IMG/VR virus record: IMGVR_UViG_3300037067_007581 | Span: 1-64,000 of that record | DNA length: 64,000 nucleotides | Direction: 5' to 3' (one strand) | DNA from: a virus | Taxonomy: Duplodnaviria; Caudoviricetes | Part shown: piece after piece, positions 8,641-17,284 of the stretch | Numbering within the stretch: the stretch's first letter is position 1 | Layout: each line of letters starts with the position of its first letter | Translations under genes and position numbers: made by a program | The notes under the pieces: model-generated | Databases searched by the model: none | What the model saw: only the letters and a program-made list of their open reading frames with translations | Told to the model about the DNA's origin: nothing

Positions 8641-8868
8641 ATGAGCGATAGTAAGAAGGTAGCCCGTTTAGAAGAAGAGGGGTTAAAAGACACTTATATT
8701 TTAGCAATCAAAATTAAAGGTCATCAGACTTGGAGGATTCCAGGAACAAATCGTAAAATAGAAAAAGTTTTAAAGTTTGTTTCCGATGATAAAACAAAAA
8801 TAGTAGAATTTAAAATGTTTAAGTTAAACGGAATAACCGGAATAATTACTGAGGAAAAATCAAAATGA
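8641..8868 (+). CDS. Hypothetical protein
   Basis: ORF track; overlaps the next start (ATGA/TGA). Confidence 0.5.
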   Translation: MSDSKKVARLEEEGLKDTYILAIKIKGHQTWRIPGTNRKIEKVLKFVSDDKTKIVEFKMFKLNGITGIITEEKSK

Positions 8869-9212
8869 GAATGTGGGCTTTAGAAACCAAATCAATGTGC
8901 CGTAAGCATCTATTGGGGGAACACTTGGAATGTCATATGTTTCTAGGAGCTATTTGTCAGGAGAAGAAATTAGAGGGTTTTGTTAGAAAGGGTTTATTGG
9001 TTATAGAAAAATTAGCGGAAAGGCATAATTTGTTGGCAGAGGAAATGGGACGGCGAGGGTATAAACATAATACTCCTTTTCAGGATTACCTTATTGGATT
9101 AGATTATTATACCCTTTATGGTGGAGCTACTTTAACACCACAAGATGTTTTATTAAATCGTTGTTCGGAATGTAAAAAACTATATGATAATAACCACAAA
9201 AGAAAAAGCTAA
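8865..9212 (+). CDS. denV: Pyrimidine dimer DNA glycosylase / endonuclease V-like
   Basis: MRMW...MCRKHLLGEHLECH and EMGRRGYKH are typical of the T4 DenV-related family. Confidence 0.75.
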   Translation: MRMWALETKSMCRKHLLGEHLECHMFLGAICQEKKLEGFVRKGLLVIEKLAERHNLLAEEMGRRGYKHNTPFQDYLIGLDYYTLYGGATLTPQDVLLNRCSECKKLYDNNHKRKS

Positions 9213-10959
9213 AGAATTTATAGAAAGTATTCCTTATGAAAGTATGGTATCTATTGATACAGAGTGCGAGGAGTTTACGAAGGAAAAAGACCATTCTTTT
9301 GATTTAGGCTTATATGGTATCGGTTTATATTTAAATGAAAAGAATAAGGCATATATAACAACAGAAGCATTACCAGACAATTTTCAGAATTTTTTAAATA
9401 AGTGTACCTTTATATTTCATAATGCTAAATTCGATTTAACTATAATAGAAAAACAAGGTTATGATATTAGTAAATTAAAATATCATGATACGTTAATAAT
9501 GAGCTGGTTAGTTAATGAAAGTCGTAGGTCGCATAAACTAAAAGATTTGGCAGAAAGTATTTTGAAGGTAAATAAAGCAACTAAGTTTAAGGAATTGACT
9601 AAAAAACCTTTAATGGAAGACTATCAGATAATACCAAGTCAGTTTCCAGTGGACTTTGAAAAATGGAGAATTGAACTCGGAGAATATTGTATTTTAGACT
9701 GTAAATATACTTATAAGTTATTTCAGAAATTTCAGGAAAAAGTAAAGAAAGATAATCTGCAAAAGGTATATGAAAATTTAGAGTTGCCATTTATTAACGT
9801 TCTTAGGAAAATGGAAAATCGTGGGGTTAGTATTGATACGGAATATTTAAGAGTAATGGGTTCTGAAATGGAACAAGAGATTATTCGTATTCAATCTGAA
9901 ATTTGGAAATTAGCTGGTAAGGAAGTTGATATAAATAGTCCCAAGCAATTAAGTGAAATCTTCTTTAAGGAAAAGAAATATGAACTTCCAAATGATTATA
10001 GGACACCAAAAGGGGAATATTCAACGGATGTAGAATCCTTAACTTATTTGTCAGAGAAATATAATTGTGAGTTAAGTAAAAAGATATTAGAATATAGAGA
10101 GATGTTTAAGCTTTATAGTACCTATATCTTAGGGTTACTAGAGAAGCAGAGAAATGGCGTTATCTATGCTAGTTTTAGTCAGACAGGAACGGTCACTGGC
10201 CGTCTGTCCAGTTCATCGCCAAATCTCCAAAATCTTCCCGCCAGAGATGACAAGTTTAATATCCGTAAGGCGTTTATTCCAAGACAAGGTTATACTTTTA
10301 TTACCGCCGACTATTCCCAAATTGAACTGAGAATATTAGCTTATTTCAGTAAAGACCCAGTTTTAGTTGAAGCTTATAAAGAAGGTAAAGATATTCATAA
10401 AGCAACAGCAGATATTTTAGGTTGCGAAAGAAAGACGGCAAAAGCGGTAAATTTTGGTATTATTTATGGTCAGACAGATTATGGTTTGTCAAAAGGTTTG
10501 GGTATTAGCTTAGAAGAAGCAAAGAAATTTATTGATGGATATATGAATAAATTTAAGTCCGTAGCTATATTTCAGCAAAAAGCCATTAATACTTTACAAA
10601 GAAATTATGCGGTGTGGACTATTTTAGGTAGAAGAAGGCATTTCCCAAAATATGCTGAGGCTAAAAAGAAAAAGGACTGGAAAGCTATGGGTGGGTTTCA
10701 CAGGCAAGCTACAAATACCGTTATTCAGGGGTCTGCCTCAGATTTAATTAAAGTAGCAATGAGAAACTTAGATAAAAAACTTTTAAATTTTGATGCACAT
10801 ATTCTTATTCAGGTTCACGATGAATTAATTATAGAGGTGCCAGAAAATAGAGCGGAAGAATTATTGCCAATAGTAAAATTTGAAATGGAACATGCTTTAG
10901 ATTTGTCTCCAGTGCCCATAATAGTGGAGCCTAAAATAAATAAAATATGGTCTAAATAA
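9184..10959 (+). CDS. polA: Family A DNA polymerase with 3'-5' exonuclease domain
   Basis: Exo motifs IDTE, FHNAKFD and YCILD; polymerase motifs ADYSQIELRILA, KAVNFGIIYG and QVHDEL. Confidence 0.95.
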   Translation: MIITTKEKAKEFIESIPYESMVSIDTECEEFTKEKDHSFDLGLYGIGLYLNEKNKAYITTEALPDNFQNFLNKCTFIFHNAKFDLTIIEKQGYDISKLKYHDTLIMSWLVNESRRSHKLKDLAESILKVNKATKFKELTKKPLMEDYQIIPSQFPVDFEKWRIELGEYCILDCKYTYKLFQKFQEKVKKDNLQKVYENLELPFINVLRKMENRGVSIDTEYLRVMGSEMEQEIIRIQSEIWKLAGKEVDINSPKQLSEIFFKEKKYELPNDYRTPKGEYSTDVESLTYLSEKYNCELSKKILEYREMFKLYSTYILGLLEKQRNGVIYASFSQTGTVTGRLSSSSPNLQNLPARDDKFNIRKAFIPRQGYTFITADYSQIELRILAYFSKDPVLVEAYKEGKDIHKATADILGCERKTAKAVNFGIIYGQTDYGLSKGLGISLEEAKKFIDGYMNKFKSVAIFQQKAINTLQRNYAVWTILGRRRHFPKYAEAKKKKDWKAMGGFHRQATNTVIQGSASDLIKVAMRNLDKKLLNFDAHILIQVHDELIIEVPENRAEELLPIVKFEMEHALDLSPVPIIVEPKINKIWSK

Positions 10960-10960
10960 T

Positions 10961-11581
10961 ATGAAAATATTGAACTTATATTGTGGTCTAGGCGGTAATC
11001 GTAAAAATTGGGGAGATAGTCACGAGATTACTGCCATTGAGAATGTTCCTGAAATAGCTAAAATATATCAGGACTTTTTCCCAAAAGATAAGGTTATCAT
11101 AGCAGATGCTCACCAGTATCTATTAGACCATTATAAAGAGTTTGATTTTATCTGGTCATCTCCACCTTGTCCGAGCCATAGCCAATTAAGATACAATCTG
11201 GGATTTAAAGCCAATCGTAAATATAAAAAGGTTGACGCAGTATATCCAGATATGACGCTATATCAAGAAATTATTTTGCTTAAATATTGGTTTAGTGGAA
11301 AATGGGTAGTTGAAAATACAATACCTTATTATGAGCCATTAGTTGCTGGCCAGAAAGTAGGCGGTCATATTTGGTGGGCGAATTTTATAATCAATAATTT
11401 CAATCACGGAAATCGCAATCATAGAGGCGGAACAGTTGAAACACTACAAGATAGAAAATGTTTAGATATTTCAAAGTATAATATACAAAATAAACGCCAA
11501 ATATTGAGAAATTGTGTAGAGCCTGAAACTGGATTATGGGTATTCCAAGAAGCGTTTAAAGAAAATAAAACTTTAATCTAA
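10961..11581 (+). CDS. Compact C5-cytosine methyltransferase-like protein
   Basis: KILNLYCGLGG (motif I), FIWSSPPC (motif IV) and VVEN (motif VI); only 206 aa. Confidence 0.65.
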   Translation: MKILNLYCGLGGNRKNWGDSHEITAIENVPEIAKIYQDFFPKDKVIIADAHQYLLDHYKEFDFIWSSPPCPSHSQLRYNLGFKANRKYKKVDAVYPDMTLYQEIILLKYWFSGKWVVENTIPYYEPLVAGQKVGGHIWWANFIINNFNHGNRNHRGGTVETLQDRKCLDISKYNIQNKRQILRNCVEPETGLWVFQEAFKENKTLI

Positions 11582-11594
11582 TAAGAAATAAATT

Positions 11595-12782
11595 ATGAAA
11601 GTAATCTCAACAGAAAAAATACCAATTAAAATGTGGCTAGAAGAAATTGAAGACGGAGCGGTTGAACAAGCTAAAAACCTTGCTAATTTGCCTTTTGCTT
11701 TTAAGCATATTGCGATAATGCCAGATAGTCATATTGGCTATGGTATGCCTATTGGTGGAGTATTGGCTACAAAGGATGTAATTGTCCCAAATTCTGTCGG
11801 TGTTGATATTGGATGTGGAATGTGTGCCGTAAAAACTTCTTTGACCGAATTAGACACTCCAACACTTAAAAAGATAATGGGTGAAATTAGAAAACAAATC
11901 CCAGTCGGGTTTGGACACCATAAAGAAAAACAAGACGAGAACTTAATGCCTCGTATTCCGTTAGCAACAGAACCTATTGTGAATGAGGAATATAATTCAG
12001 CCTTAACTCAAATAGGAACTCTTGGCGGTGGTAATCACTTTATAGAAATTCAAAAAGGTTCCGATGGTTATATTTGGATAATGATACATTCTGGGTCAAG
12101 AAATCTTGGATTAAAAATTGCTAAGTATTATAATGATTTGGCTATCAAATTAAATAAGAAATGGTTTAGTGAAGTTGACCCTAAATGGGAATTAGCATTT
12201 TTACCTATTGAAAGTGATGAAGGTCAGGCGTATATCAGGGAAATGAATTATGCGGTTGAATTTGCTCTGGCTAATAGAAAATTAATGATGGACAGAATAA
12301 TGAAAATAATTTATGACACTATTGAAGTTTCTTCAGAAGATGGACAATTTGGTGGAGTAACTTTCGAGCCGATGATAAATATCGCTCATAACTATGCTCA
12401 AATGGAAAATCATTTTGGTGAGAATGTAATGGTTCATAGAAAAGGGGCGACACTTGCCAGAAAAGATACTATTGGGATTATTCCAGGGAGCCAAGGAACA
12501 AAAAGTTATATTGTTAAGGGTTTAGGTAATAAGGAAAGTTTTGAAAGTTGCTCTCACGGAGTTGGTAGAAAAATGGGCAGAAAAGATGCTGAAAGAAGAT
12601 TAAATTTAGAGGATGAGATTAAAATGCTTGACGACCAGGGAATTTTACACGCCATTAGAGGAAAAGCAGATTTGGATGAAGCACCTGGTGCTTATAAAGA
12701 TATAAAAACAGTAATGGATAATCAATCTGATTTAGTAGAGATATTAGTAGAATTAACTCCGTTGGGAGTTATTAAGGGGTAA
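11595..12782 (+). CDS. rtcB: RtcB RNA ligase
   Basis: MPDSH, VGVDIGCG, GTLGGGNHFIE, HSGSR, HNY, HRKGAT and DEAPGAYK motifs. Confidence 0.95.
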   Translation: MKVISTEKIPIKMWLEEIEDGAVEQAKNLANLPFAFKHIAIMPDSHIGYGMPIGGVLATKDVIVPNSVGVDIGCGMCAVKTSLTELDTPTLKKIMGEIRKQIPVGFGHHKEKQDENLMPRIPLATEPIVNEEYNSALTQIGTLGGGNHFIEIQKGSDGYIWIMIHSGSRNLGLKIAKYYNDLAIKLNKKWFSEVDPKWELAFLPIESDEGQAYIREMNYAVEFALANRKLMMDRIMKIIYDTIEVSSEDGQFGGVTFEPMINIAHNYAQMENHFGENVMVHRKGATLARKDTIGIIPGSQGTKSYIVKGLGNKESFESCSHGVGRKMGRKDAERRLNLEDEIKMLDDQGILHAIRGKADLDEAPGAYKDIKTVMDNQSDLVEILVELTPLGVIKG

Positions 12783-12788
12783 TTGTTG

Positions 12789-12861
12789 TATGATAGATTA
12801 GTCTCTAAAAAAGATGATAGCTCGCCTGCCGTCATCAGTCTAAAGAGGCTAATCTATTATA
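12789..12861 (+). other. Long intergenic RNA hairpin after rtcB
   Basis: TATGATAGATTAGTCTCT/AGAGGCTAATCTATTATA: 18 bp including 2 G-U pairs, plus inner GATGAT/GTCATC. Confidence 0.7.
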
Positions 12862-12881
12862 TAATAATTAACTAAAATTTT

Positions 12882-13307
12882 ATGGAAGAGAGACTTCTTA
12901 TTAACATTCATTCGTTTGTAGACGTTATAACCAATAGCTCTACTGAATTATTTATTTGCAACACAGAAAAAACATTGGACGCAATTAGAGAACAACTTTA
13001 TGAGCTAGTAAATTATTGGAACGCGGGCGTAGAAAAGGGCATTAATTCTAGGTTAGTTGATATAGAAGATTTTAAAGTTGAAGTTTATACACAGGAAGTT
13101 TTTAATAAATTTTCAAAGGAAAAAGAAGAATATATTAAAAATGATAAGGATGGTTTTTATGCTAAGTATGGGTATGGATGGGCATATGAAAGACAAGAAA
13201 ATGTGGGTAAAATATTAATTTCAGGAACGGAAGATAATATTATTCCTTATGAAATGTTTGCTCAAATTGAGACTATATTTAATGCTACTAGGTATCATTT
13301 AGGTTAA
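12882..13307 (+). CDS. Hypothetical protein with N-terminal DVITNSSTELF motif
   Basis: ORF track; adjacent to the radical SAM gene. Confidence 0.55.
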   Translation: MEERLLINIHSFVDVITNSSTELFICNTEKTLDAIREQLYELVNYWNAGVEKGINSRLVDIEDFKVEVYTQEVFNKFSKEKEEYIKNDKDGFYAKYGYGWAYERQENVGKILISGTEDNIIPYEMFAQIETIFNATRYHLG

Positions 13308-13311
13308 TTTT

Positions 13312-14136
13312 ATGGCTATTAGAATAAGAAAATTTGAAGCTAGTAATTATTACGCTATTCACTGTAAAGGAAAGACACTACGAATGACGTTAGACCCTAA
13401 AAAACCTATTACAGAATTAAAGTTTCCTGAGTTTTATGATATTAAAATCACGGGGTTTTGTGCAGGAAATTGCCTTTATTGTTATCAGAATTCAAAGAAG
13501 ACCAACCGCCATTATAAAAATATAATTGGCAAGACTAAAAAATTCTTTGGTAGGATGAAAGAAAATGAAAGGCCTTTTCAGGTAGCATTAGGGGGTGGTA
13601 ATCCAAATCAACATCCAGACTTTATAAAGTTATTAAAAACCTTTTCGGAAATGAATATATTGCCTAATTATACTACTAATGGAATGGGTTTAACTAAGGG
13701 AATTATAAAGGCAACTAAGACATATTGTGGGGGAGTAGCGGTTTCAACACATAGTCATTTAAAGGAAGTTTGGGAACGGGCAGTAAAAAAATTAGTTTTA
13801 AATGGTATTAAAACTAATTTACACCTTATTATTTCAGACCAGGATAGTATTGACCAATTTGTTAGTATCTATAAACAATGGAACTCTTTAATAGACTACT
13901 TTGTTTTATTGCCATATACCGCTAAAGGTAGAGCGGTAGTAAAGAAAATTGACTATGCTTATCTACGAAAAAGATTAAAACAGCTTGATTTAAGAAAAAT
14001 AGCTTTTGGGGCAAATTTTTATTCATTTTTAAGGAAATTTCATAAGGAGTTTAAAATTTCATTATACGAACCAGAAATATTGAGTAAGTATTTAGACTAT
14101 AAAGATATGAAAATTTATAAATCAAGCTTTAGCTAG
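13312..14136 (+). CDS. Radical SAM protein
   Basis: CAGNCLYC (CxxxCxxC), VALGGGNP and NYTTNG. Confidence 0.85.
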   Translation: MAIRIRKFEASNYYAIHCKGKTLRMTLDPKKPITELKFPEFYDIKITGFCAGNCLYCYQNSKKTNRHYKNIIGKTKKFFGRMKENERPFQVALGGGNPNQHPDFIKLLKTFSEMNILPNYTTNGMGLTKGIIKATKTYCGGVAVSTHSHLKEVWERAVKKLVLNGIKTNLHLIISDQDSIDQFVSIYKQWNSLIDYFVLLPYTAKGRAVVKKIDYAYLRKRLKQLDLRKIAFGANFYSFLRKFHKEFKISLYEPEILSKYLDYKDMKIYKSSFS

Positions 14137-14283
14137 AATATTATGTCTATTTGGTATCCTCACGAACAGAAAAAGAACCCTAATAGGAAGTGGTATCAGT
14201 TTTGGAAACCTAAATATATTTGGGCTAGAATTAATATGAAGAAAGAAAACTAATTTATCTTAATTATTAATATATCAATTATT

Positions 14284-14556
14284 ATGACAGTAGAGCAATT
14301 AGAAGAAATTTTTAATAAGGAAGATTGGGTAGATGGTACTGGGCCACAAGGAGATTGTGTTTTAAAGGGTTTACACATTATAGCTAAATATATTAACCCG
14401 GAAAAAGAGGATTTAATTATGGGGGCAGGAAGGGATATTATTTATTCGTTAGGTGTAGGGGAGTTGCTAGAAAAGGGTTTAACAGAAGAAGATGCCAGAG
14501 AATTATCTAGGCTAAATTGGTGTATTGAAGAGGATTCCTTAGCTTGTTATGTATAG
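14284..14556 (+). CDS. Hypothetical protein
   Basis: ORF track. Confidence 0.5.
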   Translation: MTVEQLEEIFNKEDWVDGTGPQGDCVLKGLHIIAKYINPEKEDLIMGAGRDIIYSLGVGELLEKGLTEEDARELSRLNWCIEEDSLACYV

Positions 14557-14579
14557 AATTAATAATTAATTATAAATTT

Positions 14580-14897
14580 ATGCAAGTAAAAACTACAACT
14601 AACGTAGAGAAAAAGGTATTTTGTAAAAATTGCAAATTTTGTGGTTCTGGTACGTGGCCTTGGTGCGGTAAACTTAATCTTTATACAGGATTAGAAGACC
14701 CTCCTAATGTCAGAAAGAATGAAAAGAATTTAGAGGGGAATTGCCCAGATTATCAAGAGGATAAGAGCTTATTTTGGAAAGACATTTTGCGTAGAAGTTC
14801 TACCATGTTAGATGTAATCGCTATAACCGTAATTAGTTTGGGGATAACATTGGGCATTATAGTACTGCTACTTTTGTCCTGTAAATCTTTCCTATAA
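14580..14897 (+). CDS. Hypothetical Cys-rich protein with C-terminal TM helix
   Basis: CKNCKFC...C...C and a hydrophobic C-terminus. Confidence 0.5.
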   Translation: MQVKTTTNVEKKVFCKNCKFCGSGTWPWCGKLNLYTGLEDPPNVRKNEKNLEGNCPDYQEDKSLFWKDILRRSSTMLDVIAITVISLGITLGIIVLLLLSCKSFL

Positions 14898-15032
14898 AAG
14901 AATGAGCAATAAGGGTTAGAGAAGGAGTAATCTATGAGGCGAGAATTACAGAAATATAATAATCGTATTCAAAAGGCTAATATAATAGGAAAATGTAGGG
15001 TAATAAACTTTAATTATTAACTAAAAACAATT

Positions 15033-15197
15033 ATGACAAAGAAAAAGACTTTTTATCAAGTATCAGTAGCTTGCTCTAATTGTGGGTATAAAGGAAAGAT
15101 AGCTATTGGCTATGGTAACCCTGTAATGGGTCAGATATGCCCTAATTGCGGTTGCCAAAACTTGAGGAAAGTGGGAGTAAAAGAGGATATGTATTAA
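15033..15197 (+). CDS. Small zinc-ribbon protein (not in ORF track)
   Basis: Manually translated 54 aa with CSNC...CPNC. Confidence 0.6.
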   Translation: MTKKKTFYQVSVACSNCGYKGKIAIGYGNPVMGQICPNCGCQNLRKVGVKEDMY

Positions 15198-15221
15198 AAG
15201 AACTTTTGTAAATAATAAGTT

Positions 15222-15232
15222 TGTGTTATAAT
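15222..15232 (+). promoter_or_regulatory. Extended -10 promoter
   Basis: TGTGTTATAAT (TRTGn-TATAAT); the predicted start at about 15239 coincides with the 5' end of the structured RNA. Confidence 0.65.
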
Positions 15233-15238
15233 ATTAGA

Positions 15239-15392
15239 ATAAGTTTCTGAAAGCCCGAGAGGGTTAAGAATTAACCAATGCGCGGCAACAGTTTGGGAAA
15301 CAGCCTTAATCTTTGACTCCCGTGAGCGAGAGTTAAGGATTGGGCTTTCAGGAACTTATCTATTAAAAAATGGGGTCAAGTCAAGGAGTCAA
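15239..15392 (+). ncRNA. Putative riboswitch-like structured leader / ncRNA
   Basis: 20-bp closing stem 15239-15258/15340-15359 with G-U pairs; three internal hairpins; TTGACTCC 15313-15320 is complementary to SD-containing GGAGTCAA 15385-15392. Confidence 0.65.
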
Positions 15393-15395
15393 GTT

Positions 15396-15773
15396 ATGTT
15401 AAAAAAAATTATTAAAGTATGGCACACAGTCAAAGGTCACGATAAGTTCATAGAAAGTAGCACCTTAGAGGAATATGAGAAAGAGCTAAATCCTAACTAT
15501 TTTCATGGGTTGGGAGACTATTCATTCATTCAGTCCAGAATGAGTAAGTTATTAGGAATGGTTCTAACAGTTATTGACGCTTCAATATCCGACAAGGTTC
15601 AAAATAAAGCCATTAAGGATTTAATCAAAACAGACTTTGTAGAGGAATATGCTTTCCTTTCAGAGAGTTTAATTGACGACCAATACATTCAGGATGCACA
15701 AGAGGACGTAGCTTTGGAAGACTTGGGGGAAGTAGATGCGCTGGCGGTCGTTGAAGAAGACGCAAAACGCTAA
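15396..15773 (+). CDS. Hypothetical protein with acidic C-terminus
   Basis: ORF track; AAGGAG SD upstream. Confidence 0.65.
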   Translation: MLKKIIKVWHTVKGHDKFIESSTLEEYEKELNPNYFHGLGDYSFIQSRMSKLLGMVLTVIDASISDKVQNKAIKDLIKTDFVEEYAFLSESLIDDQYIQDAQEDVALEDLGEVDALAVVEEDAKR

Positions 15774-15813
15774 TTAATTAAACACTTTGACCCCAGTTTT
15801 AAATATATTAACT

Positions 15814-16332
15814 ATGGTAACAGGTAAATTTTCAATAATTTCAGCTAATATAGCTTTTGAAAAATTTTGTCCCATATTAGACGCTGATATAGATTTAAAC
15901 GACCGTGAAGGGCAAAAAATGTATGCTACTTGTTTATTTATTTTAATATTATCTTATTTAAAAGGTTTAGCTACTAATATTAAAAATACTACAGGAACAG
16001 TCCCTTTTATTCCAATGGGTTTAGTTCGTGGGAATATTTATTATCCCGAGCAGAGATTATTAGTATTAGATTATGAGTGGTTAGAAGTACAAGAAGAATT
16101 GATAGATTTAATTTTGGGTAAAATGTGTAATCCTTCCTTAACTTCTTTAAATTTGCCTTTATTCCCAGCAATTATTTTGACTAATAAAATAGGTAGTTTA
16201 ACTCACAATAAAGTAGAAGTTTATACCGAGGAGAGAATATATAGCAGAATGGAGACTCCAATTAAATTAAAAGACGGCACTTCTCCGCAAATGAAAGTAT
16301 ATTTAAAGAAATTCGGGGGAATTTATGTTTAA
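15814..16332 (+). CDS. Hypothetical protein
   Basis: ORF track; ATG 15814 preferred to TTG 15787. Confidence 0.5.
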   Translation: MVTGKFSIISANIAFEKFCPILDADIDLNDREGQKMYATCLFILILSYLKGLATNIKNTTGTVPFIPMGLVRGNIYYPEQRLLVLDYEWLEVQEELIDLILGKMCNPSLTSLNLPLFPAIILTNKIGSLTHNKVEVYTEERIYSRMETPIKLKDGTSPQMKVYLKKFGGIYV

Positions 16333-16417
16333 AAACTTTCTTAGTATATTTAGCATTATTATATTTGTCTTATTAAGTTTTCTTTTAGTACTAACTGTAT
16401 GTGGCTTTAAGTAAAAC

Positions 16418-16446
16418 TTGACAAAATAAAAAAGGTACTGTATAGT
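16418..16446 (+). promoter_or_regulatory. Sigma70-type promoter of the modification operon
   Basis: TTGACA 16418-16423, 17-nt spacer, TATAGT 16441-16446. Confidence 0.85.
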
Positions 16447-16460
16447 GCCTAATATAATAA

Positions 16461-16529
16461 AGGGCGTTCAACCCGTACCATTAAAAGGTCTGACTTTTTA
16501 ATTGGTGCTAGGAACGTCTTTTTATTTTT
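16461..16529 (+). promoter_or_regulatory. Structured leader / possible attenuator
   Basis: Outer GGGCGTTC/GAACGTCT stem, inner GTACCATTAAAAGG/CTTTTTATTGGTGC hairpin, then a T-tract. Confidence 0.55.
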
Positions 16530-16539
16530 ATATATATTT

Positions 16540-17265
16540 ATGAAAACAATTCAAAAACTTACAGTTAGCGAAATTTATGCAGGTATTACTACGGAAACTA
16601 TTAATTCAGGGGTACCTGCTATTTTTATTAGGTTGTCGGGACACAACTTGACTATAAAAAATGACCCTTACTCTTATACCTGGGATGAGAGCAATAAGGC
16701 AGTTGGATTACAGATGACCGCGAAAGATATAATTTTAGCTATTAGTAAATTAAAAGTTAAGACTAATCATTTAGTCATTACAGGGGGGGAACCTTTATTA
16801 CAAGACGCTGGTATTATAGAAGTTTTAAAAGAATATCAGTTTACTTTTAATAAAAAGCCTTTTGTAGAAATAGAAACCTGCGGGACTATTATTCCTAGTA
16901 AAGGTTTACAGACGTTGACAGATTTGTTTTCAGTTAATATTAAGTTAGCTAATTCTTTTTCTGGGTCTGCTAGAGATACCTTTTCTACGAGGATAAAGAA
17001 TAGTGTAATCAATTATTTTAATCAGAAAGACATAAAGTCTTATTTTAAATTTTATATTAAAGACATTGGAGATTCTTCAGAATTATTGGAATTAAAAAAG
17101 ATGTTTAAAATAGAGCTTAGTAGAATAGTATTAGTACCAGATGGCTTAAACTATACACAATTTATGAGAATATCTGGAGCAGTTTGGAACTTATGTATTA
17201 GTTCTGGGTTTAAATTTGCTATCAGAACCAAATTTTTAATTTGGGGAGATAAAAGAGGTTTATAA
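16540..17265 (+). CDS. QueE-like paralogue lacking the radical SAM CxxxCxxC motif
   Basis: VSEIY, PAIFIRLSG, VITGGEPLLQ, IETCGT and LIWGDKRG are retained; the Cys motif is replaced by HNLTIKND. Confidence 0.8.
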   Translation: MKTIQKLTVSEIYAGITTETINSGVPAIFIRLSGHNLTIKNDPYSYTWDESNKAVGLQMTAKDIILAISKLKVKTNHLVITGGEPLLQDAGIIEVLKEYQFTFNKKPFVEIETCGTIIPSKGLQTLTDLFSVNIKLANSFSGSARDTFSTRIKNSVINYFNQKDIKSYFKFYIKDIGDSSELLELKKMFKIELSRIVLVPDGLNYTQFMRISGAVWNLCISSGFKFAIRTKFLIWGDKRGL

Positions 17266-17284
17266 TAATTAATTTTTTATATCT

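Noticed and set aside
12550-12570. RtcB motif reads HGVGR rather than the usual HGAGR
   Set aside because: Single conservative change with all other catalytic motifs intact; no basis to call it inactive.
16453-16539. Known preQ1 riboswitch upstream of the que genes
   Set aside because: Could not fit the preQ1-I P1/L1/A-rich tail pattern by eye; needs an Rfam scan.
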